DNA of 64,000 bases, taken from the sequence record OR545507.1. One strand, written 5' to 3'. Every line of letters begins with the position of its first letter. Positions within the stretch are counted from its first letter, which is position 1. Positions 18,044-30,500 of this stretch are shown piece by piece. The position numbers and the translations under genes were made by a program. The notes beneath the pieces were generated by a model. That model was given only the letters and a program-made list of their open reading frames with translations. It did no database searches and was not told the origin of the DNA.

Positions 18044-21000
18044 ATGTCACAACAAAAAAGGCAATCAAATTTATACGCTGGTGAGGATTGGACTCAAGTA
18101 TATGAAAGTTTTTATAAAATCAATCTTACAGCTTATGACTTCGATACTATCCGTCAGAGTATGATTGATTATCTACGTGCAACTTACCCAGACTCATTCA
18201 ACGACTGGATCGAAAACGACCAGTTTATTTTTATTTTAGATACGATTTCTATGCTAGGGCAGAACTTGGCATTTCGTATGGATTTGAACACACGTGAAAA
18301 CTTTTTAGATACTGCAACTCGTCGTGCATCAGTACTAAAACTAGCTAAAATGATTTCTTACTCACCACGCCGCTCATATCCAGGTCGTGCAGTTGCTAAA
18401 TTAACCGAAATTAAAACAAACCAAGATGTTCGTAATAGTTTTAATGAATCATTAAAAGATAAAATCATTCGTTGGAATGACCCGATGGATGCTAACTGGT
18501 ATGAAAACTTCATTCTAGTAATGAACAGTTCATTTGTCAGTACTAACCAATTTGGTAATCCAGTCAAGCGTATTGATGTTAATGGTGTCTCTCGTCAACT
18601 ATATCGAATGAACACCATCCCAATGACAGCACCCAGTATTCCATTTATTGCAACTGTCAATGGTGAATCTATGACATTTGAAGTAGTGAATCCTGATATT
18701 ACGTCTGTTGGTGTTGAAGAACGACATCCAGAACCACAAGAGCAAAAATATATTGTTTATCAAAATGATGGTAATGGATTTAGTTCACCAAATACTGGTT
18801 TTTTTGTATATTTCGTACAAGGTACATTGACATATCAAGATTATCAATATGCTATCCGTGAAGAGAACCGTATACAAGATATTAACGTTGATAATATCAA
18901 CGAAACTGATGTATGGGTTCAAGAAATAAATGAAGATGGTATTGTTCGTACCAAATGGACAAAAGTTCCATCAATGGAAAGTATTGCATATAACACTGTT
19001 AATCGTCAATTAAAAACAATTTTTGCTGTTACTACTCGTGATAAAGATCAAATAACAATTAAGTATCCAGACTCAAGAAGTGGTGTTGTTCCCCGTGGGA
19101 CGTTCCGCGTATGGTATCGTGTTAGTAATGGTAAAACATATAACATTAAAACTTCTGAAATTCAAAACAAAAGCGTAAAATATACATATCGTACAAAAAC
19201 ACAGTCAAGTTATGAATCTAGTACATTGGATATACGTTTTTCATTACAATATGAGTCCGACCGTGCACAAAGTGCAGAGACTATTGAGCAGATTAAAGCA
19301 CGTGCACCACAAATGTACTATACACAAAACCGTTTTGTCAATGGTGAAGATTATAATATTGCACCACTTAGTTTAGGCAATACTGTACTTAAATCTAAAG
19401 CTATTAATAGAATTTATAGTGGACAATCAAGATTTATTGATATTAATGATCCTACTGGTAAGTATCAAAATACCGATGTTTTTAGTGATGATGGTGCATT
19501 ATATCAAGAAAACACACAATTTAATAGATCATTATTGCTACCAACTACAAAAACAAATGCTAGTATTGTTATTGACAATATTCAACCATTGATTGGTGAA
19601 AATGCGGTAATACAACGTTACCAAGCGTTTCCATCAAATACAATTGGTATTGAAATACAACAAGCATGGACTCCGGTATACAATTCAAATTATACAACTA
19701 ACACATATGGTAGAATTTTGGGTTCATCTGGTACAGTTTATGGTTCATATCAGGTTGGTACTCTAATTAAATTTTCTAATTCTGGAACTACTATATGGGC
19801 TAGTGTAGTTAGTGTATTGGATAATGGATTTTATGTACTGAGTACATCGGTTCCAAGTGGAATGCAAGCCATAGAGTACATTTTACCATATAGAACTAGA
19901 TTTAACTCGGTTGAAGTTCAAGCAATTTCTGCTATGCTAGATAAAAAAACTGATTTTGTTATTGTACATGACAAAGAAACGACATCATGGGTTCCTATTG
20001 AAGTAAGTACCAATGATGATACTATTGTATATAATGGTAATGAAGTTTTAATTATAATTAATGTAAAATATACAGCAGAAACTTGGGAATTTGATGCTAA
20101 CGGTATTGAATATATTTTTGTGGGTGGAGAAAAAGTAAGATTTTACTTTGTATCATCTAAAAAAATTACTGATATTAGTACTGGTACAGTTCAAAGTGAT
20201 AAGATTGAAATTTTATCATCTAACACTACTAGTAGTAGTAATTCAGGATTGACAAGTAATATAGATTTTCAAATTTATGACACAATTCAACAAGAGAATG
20301 GCTATCTAGATGGTTCTCGTGTTATTGTTACATCTAGGAAAGTAGATAGTAATGGTATACCATTGGAACCAAACCAATTTAAAGAAATTGTTCCTACTTG
20401 GACTGGAACCGATGCATTAAAATATGGTGGTATTTTGGTATTTCAGGAAAATAGTGATTTCACTATATCAGTACTGTCGTTACCAAATGATACCTTCACA
20501 CTTCTTGATTCATCGTGGTCTTATACAATGGAACAAGCCTTGGCAGAGCCGAATGCATATAAAAGAACTGAATTTGTTAGAAATAACGCAATTCGTTCAA
20601 CCACATTGAGTGGATTATATAGTAAAGGTTCTGGATTTTTAGTTGGTTTTAACTATGATGGTAAATATTATTTTATTGAACAAACAGTTGGTAACAACAA
20701 TGATCGTTTAGGACAGCTAATTAGTAATTTAACTTATTCCGATGATACTGGCACTGTTAGTCCTGAATTGGCTTTTTATCGTGCAATTAATAACATGGGA
20801 ACTAATGCTGACGAGAATCAGAAGCTAGATTATTATGGATACAAAGATGTTACTTCACAGTACACTGTTAAAACTAATGCACGTACTAGTATAGACTTCC
20901 ATTGGAAACACTATGCACCTGACGACAATCGCATTGATCCTAGTAGAACAAACTTAATTGATATGTATGTATTAACCAATTCATATAAAACTGAAGTTGA

Positions 21001-21505
21001 CGTTTGGTTGAAAAATAATGCTGTTGGTAGTATTCCTAAACCACCTACATCGGTTGAATTGAAAGATATGTTCAAAGATGTTGAACAAAAAATAGTCATT
21101 AGTGATAGTATTATTTGGCATAGTGCTGAGTACTTACCTTTATTTGGCAACAGTGCTGCTGAAGATTACAAAGCTGATTTTAAAGTAGTGAAATTACCAA
21201 ACAGCACAATGAGTGACGATGAAATTCGTCAAAATGTTATAGCATTAACTAATGAATACTTCAATGTTGACAACTGGGATTTCGGTGAAAGTTTCTATTA
21301 TACTGATTTGTGTACTTACATACACTCACAGTTAGGTAGACATATTAGTACCATTGTTATAGTTGCACAAAATCCAAATTCAAAATTTGGCTCTCTATTT
21401 GAAATCCCTTCACGTTCAGACCAAATATTTTTGAGTACTGCATCTGTTGAAAATGTTCAAATTGTTAACTCACTAGCTAAAAGTAATATTAATATCGGTT
21501 CTTAA
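18044..21505 (+). CDS. gp6: baseplate wedge protein gp6 (enlarged, 1153 aa)
   Basis: N-terminal DFDTIRQSMIDYL...ENFLDTATRRASVLKLAKMISYSP and QNRFVNGEDY match the gp6 family. Confidence 0.85.
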   Translation: MSQQKRQSNLYAGEDWTQVYESFYKINLTAYDFDTIRQSMIDYLRATYPDSFNDWIENDQFIFILDTISMLGQNLAFRMDLNTRENFLDTATRRASVLKLAKMISYSPRRSYPGRAVAKLTEIKTNQDVRNSFNESLKDKIIRWNDPMDANWYENFILVMNSSFVSTNQFGNPVKRIDVNGVSRQLYRMNTIPMTAPSIPFIATVNGESMTFEVVNPDITSVGVEERHPEPQEQKYIVYQNDGNGFSSPNTGFFVYFVQGTLTYQDYQYAIREENRIQDINVDNINETDVWVQEINEDGIVRTKWTKVPSMESIAYNTVNRQLKTIFAVTTRDKDQITIKYPDSRSGVVPRGTFRVWYRVSNGKTYNIKTSEIQNKSVKYTYRTKTQSSYESSTLDIRFSLQYESDRAQSAETIEQIKARAPQMYYTQNRFVNGEDYNIAPLSLGNTVLKSKAINRIYSGQSRFIDINDPTGKYQNTDVFSDDGALYQENTQFNRSLLLPTTKTNASIVIDNIQPLIGENAVIQRYQAFPSNTIGIEIQQAWTPVYNSNYTTNTYGRILGSSGTVYGSYQVGTLIKFSNSGTTIWASVVSVLDNGFYVLSTSVPSGMQAIEYILPYRTRFNSVEVQAISAMLDKKTDFVIVHDKETTSWVPIEVSTNDDTIVYNGNEVLIIINVKYTAETWEFDANGIEYIFVGGEKVRFYFVSSKKITDISTGTVQSDKIEILSSNTTSSSNSGLTSNIDFQIYDTIQQENGYLDGSRVIVTSRKVDSNGIPLEPNQFKEIVPTWTGTDALKYGGILVFQENSDFTISVLSLPNDTFTLLDSSWSYTMEQALAEPNAYKRTEFVRNNAIRSTTLSGLYSKGSGFLVGFNYDGKYYFIEQTVGNNNDRLGQLISNLTYSDDTGTVSPELAFYRAINNMGTNADENQKLDYYGYKDVTSQYTVKTNARTSIDFHWKHYAPDDNRIDPSRTNLIDMYVLTNSYKTEVDVWLKNNAVGSIPKPPTSVELKDMFKDVEQKIVISDSIIWHSAEYLPLFGNSAAEDYKADFKVVKLPNSTMSDDEIRQNVIALTNEYFNVDNWDFGESFYYTDLCTYIHSQLGRHISTIVIVAQNPNSKFGSLFEIPSRSDQIFLSTASVENVQIVNSLAKSNINIGS

Positions 21506-21512
21506 TATAACG

Positions 21513-21536
21513 GGCGTTCTTCGGAACGCCTTTTTT
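21513..21536 (+). terminator. intrinsic terminator with UUCG loop
   Basis: GGCGTTC-TTCG-GAACGCC-T6. Confidence 0.9.
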
Positions 21537-21540
21537 ATAT

Positions 21541-21548
21541 CATAAATA
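21541..21548 (+). promoter_or_regulatory. late promoter (CATAAATA)
   Basis: Directly after the terminator, upstream of the giant wedge gene. Confidence 0.6.
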
Positions 21549-21584
21549 AATCAAATGAATGAACGAATTATATGGAGTCCAAAA

Positions 21585-24500
21585 ATGACTAATAATTTTA
21601 AGTTTCAACCTACACAGATGGCTGAAGCAGTACAGAAGAAGCTTTTTATTAAAAGATTGCCTGAGTGGATGCAAGGCTTAGAAGATATTCAAAAAGTCAG
21701 TGATGATGTTATTCAACAATGGTTTAATCCGGCTGAAAACGAATTAGTTGACGGCTATATTGGTGATATGGGTTCTCCTGCCGCTGCTGGTAATATCTTC
21801 TTACATGAAAGTACTGTAGCACGTCAACTTTATCAGTTGTCCACTGCTTACGTCTCAAAAAATGATGATTCGACAATTCGTTCAATTCAATTTTATGATG
21901 ATCTAGTTGGATACATGAATCATTATGGAGCACTAACCGATAATGAAAGCCGTTTGTTCAACGGTAAGTTTTATGCATGGACTCCAGCTATTAACCCAAA
22001 TAAAATGAACAATTTTAGCTCATATCTTTGGGATACTAAAAACTCTTATAATATTACTTCACCTGATTACATTGTAATGGAACGTGGAGCACTTAATGGT
22101 AATACATGGTCACTACAAAACTTTTGGTATACTTTAGGTGAAACATTAGAAGATGGCTCAATATTAACTGAAGAATTAATGCAAGATTCACGTTTTATTC
22201 GTGCACGTGCACCAATTATTGAATATAATAAAAATATTGAGCTAATTAACTACGGTACAAAATTCCGTGGAACTGTTGATCTGTTCTCTGATATTATTAA
22301 ACCTGAAGATATCGTTCAAAAAGATATTAATAGTGGTATACGTATTGATGGTATTATTCCGCAAGATGGAATGCGTATTCTATTCACCAGTATTGGTAAC
22401 AATGGTGAAAACAATAGAATTTATAATGTATATGTGAAAAAAATGCAAGATGGTACTCGTGTTTATGGTTTAGCACTAGATCCAGAAGAAGAAACCGAAT
22501 CACGCCCAAGTGGTGAACCTCAAGATGGTGATGTTGTTCTAATCACTAAAGGTAATGAGTATGGTAATAGTTCTATGTACTGGAATGGATCTTTGTGGGT
22601 TCGTGCACAATCAAAAACTAGTGTTAACGTATTCCCTAAATTCCAACTTTATGATCGTAATGGTATCAAACTTGACAACAGTACTACATATCCATCAAGT
22701 AACTTTAAAGGTTCAGAGTTGTTTGGTTTTAAAATAAATTACAACTATGCAACTGATAGTGTATATGGATATAACATTGAACTTGGTGATTATAATTATT
22801 ACATTTATGAAAACTTTTTACAATCCCAACGTTATACCTATGACCATCTTGGAAAAGAAGTTGAAATTGATGGTTTATACTATTATAACATTATTGATGA
22901 AAATAATGAAATGAATCTTCAAACCGATTGGGTTCGTTCAGAAGAGTACTCTAAACAATTTGTAAAACAAACTCCACAAGTCCAACGTACTGATATGTAT
23001 CGTGTATTCAGTACTGTTTATGATATGGAAGTTTTTAAAGAACCAGTTGATGGTATGTATGCATATGTTATTGAAGTTGATAGAACATATCAGTACTATA
23101 AAGCTGACCGTGAAACTTATCTAGATTGGCATCCAATTACTGGTGATGGTGTTCAGATTGTAAAATATGACCATACATTCGAATTGGCACAAAAAGTTTT
23201 AGATAATGATTCTGATATTATTGAAGTTGTGGTTGATGGTGTTGATGTGTCCAAATATACCAAAAATGTTTCAAAAGGTCAAGTACAAAGCATCACTCTA
23301 GATAGTACTGTAGAATTGGATGAAGATTCTGTTATTCAAATTAGAACTTATAGCAGTACTGTAACTCCTAATAAAGAATTAGGTGCATATGAAGTTCCAA
23401 TCAACCTACAAAATAACCCATATAATTCTAATATTATATACATTAACCAAGGTGACTACACTTTACATTTTCAGGATATTATTCAAAAGAACATTACACG
23501 TGGTTCTTCTGATGATTTCAATGACTATGAAGAACGTTTGGCTAAAGGATTGGTTAATAATGGCGTAGGTACTAAAATTATCCAAAATGAAGCATCTATG
23601 CTTCCATTGATGGCACATACTGCAAATGAAGATATTGATTTGTTTGAAGCAACTATGTTTATGCAATCTGAATATTTTAGATTCATTAATAAATTTAATA
23701 CACAAATGCTTCGTATGTATGATGAAAATCCATCAGACTTTTTACAAAATAGTGCTGCAAACATTGTTGATGCAATTTTAACTACTATTAATATGGGACG
23801 TGATAGTTCATTCCCATTCTATTATGATAATGTTGGAAGTACTTCTGGATTCATTCGTGCATTTATACCACCAACACCACAGTTCTTAGGTATTCTTCAA
23901 GCATATGTACCAGAAAAAGCGACATTCCTCACTGCTGGTAGTAAACCAAGCTGTTATAACATCAGTCATACTGGTATTATTTCCAAAGCATACCGTGTTA
24001 TCAATGGTGTTGATAAAATGGATGATGTTGTATATGAATTAGAAAATAGAATTTTTAATAGTATTGATAATAAATTCAAAGATGTTGATTACGTACCAGT
24101 ATTGAATAGTGATGACCTTTTCCCTACACCATATTTCACTAAAACTGAATATAGTGCTGAAGAGAAACAAACATTATTACTACGTGGATACATTAACTTC
24201 ACCGCAACTAATGGTATCAGTAATAGTACACATGATTATGATCCTAACAATTGGAGAACTTGGAACTATACTGGCACTTATTATGTAGTTAATGGTCAAA
24301 GTACTGAAATTCCTGCACGTGGTTCATGGCGTGCCATTTACACTGACCAATATGGTACATATCGCCCAGCTACCCATCCGTGGGAAATGTTTGGCTTTAC
24401 ACAACGTCCAACTTGGTGGAACCAAGAATACGAACCAACGGCTGTTCAAGTTGGTGAACGTGATAGTGATGTTGTATATGTATATGAAGCACTTGTTATG

Positions 24501-27500
24501 AATGAGCAAGGTGATTTAGTTCCTAGTGGTCTTTGGGATATTGACGGAACTATTGGAGATAGCAGTACTGGAACTATTTTATTTGGTGATCGTCGTGGTC
24601 AATATGACAAATATAAAAGATTTGGTGTACAGCCATTCAAAATTACAAAAACTGGAAATAAAACATCTTCTGGTATTGATATTTGTGTGGTTGAATATAT
24701 TGCACCTGAAATTTTAGGTTTAGTGTCTGGATCTTTAAATCATAGAGCAGAACCTTGGACATATGGTGATATGGGTGACATGGAATTTACATACATGAAC
24801 ACTACATTGTTTGCATATGACCAAATGATGCTTTTGTATAAAGCTAAACCAGCACAATTTGCTAACTATTTCTGGGATACCCGCAACGATAACTTAAAAG
24901 AAGTATTCACTGATGGTTCACAATTCCTTTATGGTGATACACGTAAGCGTATTAATTTTGATAAAAATACAGTAGTTCATGGTGAAAATAGCACAAGAAC
25001 AATTGGTTATCAAATGTTTGTAAGTGACCATTTGATGTATCAAAATAAAAATATTACCACCAAGTATGGGGATGTAGTTCGTTCTTCTTATATAAATGTT
25101 GGTCATAAAATTGGAGGATTTACTAAAGCAGATCAGCTAACATTCAATGCTAAATCTTTCGGTCTTATTTCACAAGAAAACCAAACCATTGGTCTTGTTC
25201 GTTCTAATAATATCCGTGATGAGCAAATGAGTGCGATCAAAATTACTTGGAATGGTAGTGCATATCAGATTGATGGATATGATCTAGTTGGTGCTAAATT
25301 TAAATATAAACTTCCAGTAAAAAATGGTAGAAAAGTAACTCTTAAATTGGAAAACCGTAATGTTGTTCATTATAATGAATGGAAGTCTGAAGCTTCAATT
25401 GAATATGGTAAAGTTTTCAATAGTTACCAAGAAGTTTATACTTTTATTTGTGGATATGGTGAATATCTTAAAGAACATGGTTGGATTTTTGAAGATGTAA
25501 ATGATAGTGGTGCTCAACAAGATTGGAACACTATTGCTAAAGATTTCGTGATCTGGAGTCAGAATTCTCTAGTAACTGGTGAATTTATTTCTTGTACCCC
25601 AAGTGCTGCAAACGCTAAATTTGGGGCAGACTTTGGTTCAGTACAATCTATTACGCAAAATAATGGTGGTGTATGGTCATTACTTGATGATAATAACCAA
25701 GGTATTCGCCAATATGAAATTGAAACTTCTCGTATTGGAAATATCTTCACTGTTAGAACTTTAGAATCTAATAAACGCATTGCATTGATTCGTTTAAGTT
25801 TGTGTTCATATGAACATGCTGTTATTTTTGATGATAAAACTATTTTTGGTGATTACATTTATCAGCCAACATATGGTTCTATTCAAGAACTAATTAAAAT
25901 GTATGGATATATTACTGGTTCATGGACTGGTCGCCTACAAGCTCCTGGATTTATTATCTTGGAAGCTGGAACACTACCATCATTTGAAAAATTAGTGTCG
26001 GATTTCCAACATTATTATGATAGTGAAACTCCAGTAAGTGATGTACAATTACAAGAGTTGTCAAACCATTTGATTGGTTATCAATCTCGTGATTATCTAC
26101 AGCGTATGATTAGTAGTGATGTTAGTCGTGTTGATTTCTATAAAGGATTCATTCACGATAAAGGTACTAACCAAGTTTTAGAACGTGTACTTCGTGTTTC
26201 TAAATCATATGACACTGATGAATATAAAGCATTACAAGAATGGGCATTTAAAATTGGTACATATGGTAATATTGATGGTAAGAAAAACCTTCAATTTAAA
26301 CTAATCAATGACCAATTTAAACAACAACCTCAAATGGTTTCTTTTGATGTAAATGCAACTTCAAATGGTAATGGTAATCATATTGTATACTTCGGTGAGC
26401 AAGGTAAAGATCCTCGTTGGATTACACGTCCAAATGGTAAGTTCTCATTCCCAATGCGTAGTGGAAGAAGTGAAAACATCCAACTTCCAGATATTGGTCC
26501 AGTAACATTGGATGAAGTATCGTACACAACAAAAGATTTCAGTACTGCATATAATGACCGCATAACTTATACTAATGGTAAAGGTGAAAATCCTGAATCT
26601 GTGTGGATGTTTAAAGACGGTAATGGTTTGTGGAACATTTTTGAATTGGTTGATACTAATGTACAAATGGTTTCTATAACACCTATTGAAAATACCGATG
26701 TGTATGCTGAACAATTTTGTAAAGTAACTTTAACTGATAATGTACCACTTGAAGATGGTGATTATTATTATTTTGTTGATGAAACTAACTTTATGCCAGA
26801 TACTTTAACAGTAGAAAGTCAATATTATACTGCTGGTTCTGATCCTAAAGTTATGGTAGTTCCATTTGACACTTCTATTGATATTGAATTTACTGATCCA
26901 GATACACGTCCACGTTTGTATCGTTATGTATCACGTTTTGCCAGTACTGATGATCGTCAAGCTTACATTGACAAGAAATATAGTTTTAAAGCACCACAAA
27001 GTACTTTATTTGATCGTCCAACGACATATGATGAACGTACTAACATTACTGAGCTATATCTAAACGTTTATGACCCAATTAATGGTGTTATTCCAGGTGC
27101 GGCTATGCAAAACGTAACATATACTTCACCAGTTGATCCTGCACAGTATAATAGTAATGGAGAGTTAATCCAGGCTTGGGGTGCTGATAAAGTTGGTCAA
27201 GTATGGTGGAACACTAGCACTGCATTTTATTTGGATTATACTCGTGCAATTTATGACGCAGACGGTAATGTTGATATTGATGCAACCAATGAATACAAAC
27301 GTTACAACTGGGGCCGTTTGTTACCACATAGTACCATTGATGTGTTAGAGTGGGTTTGTTCACCAGTTGAGCCATATAACTGGGACAAATACTGTAAAGA
27401 TGTTGCTAAGAAAAACAAAAATAATACTATGTATCTACCAAGTGGAACTGCACTTGAAGATAATTATAGTACATTTTTGGAATATGATAGTTCAACTGAT

Positions 27501-30500
27501 AGTTATGTAACAAAATACTATTTCTGGGTACGTGATACAATTTATGTACCACCACTACATACCAGAACGAAATCATGTACTGACATTGCTCGTATTATTA
27601 AAGATCCAACACAGCTAAACATTCCTTGGTTCGCTCCAATAAATGAAAACTCGTTTATTCTTAGTAATATGCAATTTAAAGTGAATGATGATACCAGTAT
27701 TTTAACTGTTTCTTATTACATGGATAGTACTGAAGTTGTTAAACATGACCAGTATCAACTATGTAAAGAAGGTGACAGCTATAACTTTAACCCACTAATT
27801 TGGGATTCAATGTGGAACTCACTAATTGGTCAAGAAACAACTGAATCAGGTTCTGTGATTAATTTATTATATCCAGATGTTGATAACGGTTTAGGATCAA
27901 ACAAAACTTGGTTCCAAAATGTTATAGAAGCTCGTAGAAACTTTGTAGAAAGTGCTAATAATTATTATAGGTCACAAAACATAACCACTAATAGTGTTGT
28001 TATGGAAGATGTGTTTAATGTTAAAACCACTGAAGTTAACCCTAATGAAGTTTCTTTCCGTGTGTTGTCTTACAATAATGAATTAGTTATTGCAGTTGAA
28101 AGTGATAAATTTAAAGAAAATGACGCTGTTATTTTAAGTACTAGTGGATATCTACCAAATCCATTAACTTCTAGTGCTGTTTATTTTATTCACTTCGACG
28201 AAAATGGATATATTCAGTTAATGAATAGTCCAGCAAACGCGGGTAGTGTTGTTACTATAACGTTAGAAAACAAAGGTGAGGGACAACATAAAATGATTAA
28301 ACAATCTGATTATGTTGAATCACTAGGAACCTCATTAGACATGACTCAGTACTGGTCATATGCTGATTGGTATGATGTTGGATATGATAGTAACACGACT
28401 TATACTCAAGAGTCAAGCTTAGAAGATGCTAATACTAAAAACTACCAAGTTGGCGATATTATCAGAGTTACCGATAGTGAAAACATTTGGACATTGTATA
28501 TTAAATCACAATCACGCGATTCAATTTATTGGAAAGCGATTGGTCGTGAAAACAGTACAGTTGAACTCAATGATATGCTTTACGCAGATTATAGTGTTCA
28601 TAATGATAATGGTTCACTAAGCAATCGTGAAATCAACGTTCGTAAAGCACTAGCTTTACTCAAAAATTCTTTCGATTTACATCAAAGCGAAATTGTTTTT
28701 GATATGGTCAAATATGTACATGTTGAACAAAGTGTTGTGGATTGGGTATTTAAAACATCATATATCTATATTGTTGGTTTGGAACAATCATTAGTTCAAA
28801 ACTATTCAAACGATAATTTGATTAATCAAATTGTTGAATATTTTGAAGAAGTTAAACCTTATAGAACTAAAATTCGTTCACAAATAGAGCAAAAGACATC
28901 TGATGATGATTTAATAAAAGGTCTATGTAATGATTTAGATCCTAATGGATATATTTTCGTTGATGGTTCTTGGATCAAAACTGAAAAAGATATTTGGGAT
29001 TATGAGTACGCTCAATTTAATGAAATTACCCAAAAATGGGAACAGGTAGGTTCACTACCAAGTGATTTCGTTACACCAAATAGAAGATTCCAAGAAATTG
29101 ATATTATTATGCATTATGATAATATTCAGTGTAAACCAAATGAAGATTTGGCAAGCATAAATGAATTAGTAAGTGTTAATAACAAATATCAATCCAATGA
29201 AAAGGATGCTGTTAGTAACTATGAATTACAACGTTATATATATTCTTTCCCAGAATATAGTGAAGAAACTTTCGATCTTCTTATTGCTTATCAAATGCAA
29301 ATCTACTATCCAGAATTGGATGTAACACTAGGAACAGCATATGGCGTTAACCAGTGGTATAAAGACCATGCGGAAGATTTAGAAGCAACTGATGAATTCA
29401 CTGCTACATTGGAACGTGTTTATAAAGAATCAACGCATAACGATATGTTTACTGACCTTAGACAATATGTTCAGTATAACACATTGGCAAACCGTTTGAA
29501 ACTTTATAAAGATATAAGTGATGAGAAAATTCACGATGAAGTTGGATGTGGATTTAGTGGACTTACTTATAATGACAATCCTAGTACTAGACTTCCATTA
29601 GGCTTTTCTTCTAGTAATGATTATAACTATGGATATTTTGAAATAAGCAGTGAATTGTATCAAAAATACATTTCATTAATTAAAGATAAAAATCCTGACG
29701 CATCAGACTATGAAGTAAAAGTTAAACTTGAAGTTGAGTATGGTGTATATGTTTATCGTTATGATGAAGTAGGTGGTGATACCCGTTTCTATACTGATGC
29801 TATTCACGTATTAGCAGGTATGAGAGGGTTATTCGACAAAGACGCTACTGATAAGTACGAAAAAGCTGAAGAGATTCTTAGTAAGACCCCAATTGATATC
29901 TATGCAATTACAATGATTCCACGAAAATATGTTTACTTAAATGTTAACGGTGTATATCAAAGTATACCTGATGAACAAAGTATTGATGATTTCATGGAAG
30001 ATTATTTTATCACAAATGGTGAAATGGTTGAACTAGCTGAAATAAATCTTGATGATTTACCACTAGATCAAAATAATCCAATGTATTCTGATTATCAATA
30101 TATACTTGATAGTATTACTGAAGCTAAGTACTTCAATGATATGAATGCATTTGATAACCTAGCATTGGAATCTCAAACTTCTTCAATAAAATGGGAAGTT
30201 AAAGATGATGAAGTTGATCCTTATATTGTGGATATATCTGACATAAACCCTTCTGGGCGTGATGTAGGTCAAATTAGATTTACAGTTGATGGATATGGGT
30301 TTGACAATGTATCTCTTGTACAATTACGTGATAACAGCAGATATCAAACTGAAGGTATGGCAATTATCAATCCATATAAACATACAGAAGCAATTGTAAG
30401 TATTCCTTCATATGCTAAGATTGAAAATGATATTAATAAAACAACATCGAAGTTTGATGAAAAATATTTCTATCGTGTGAGATCTATTAATAGCTTAACT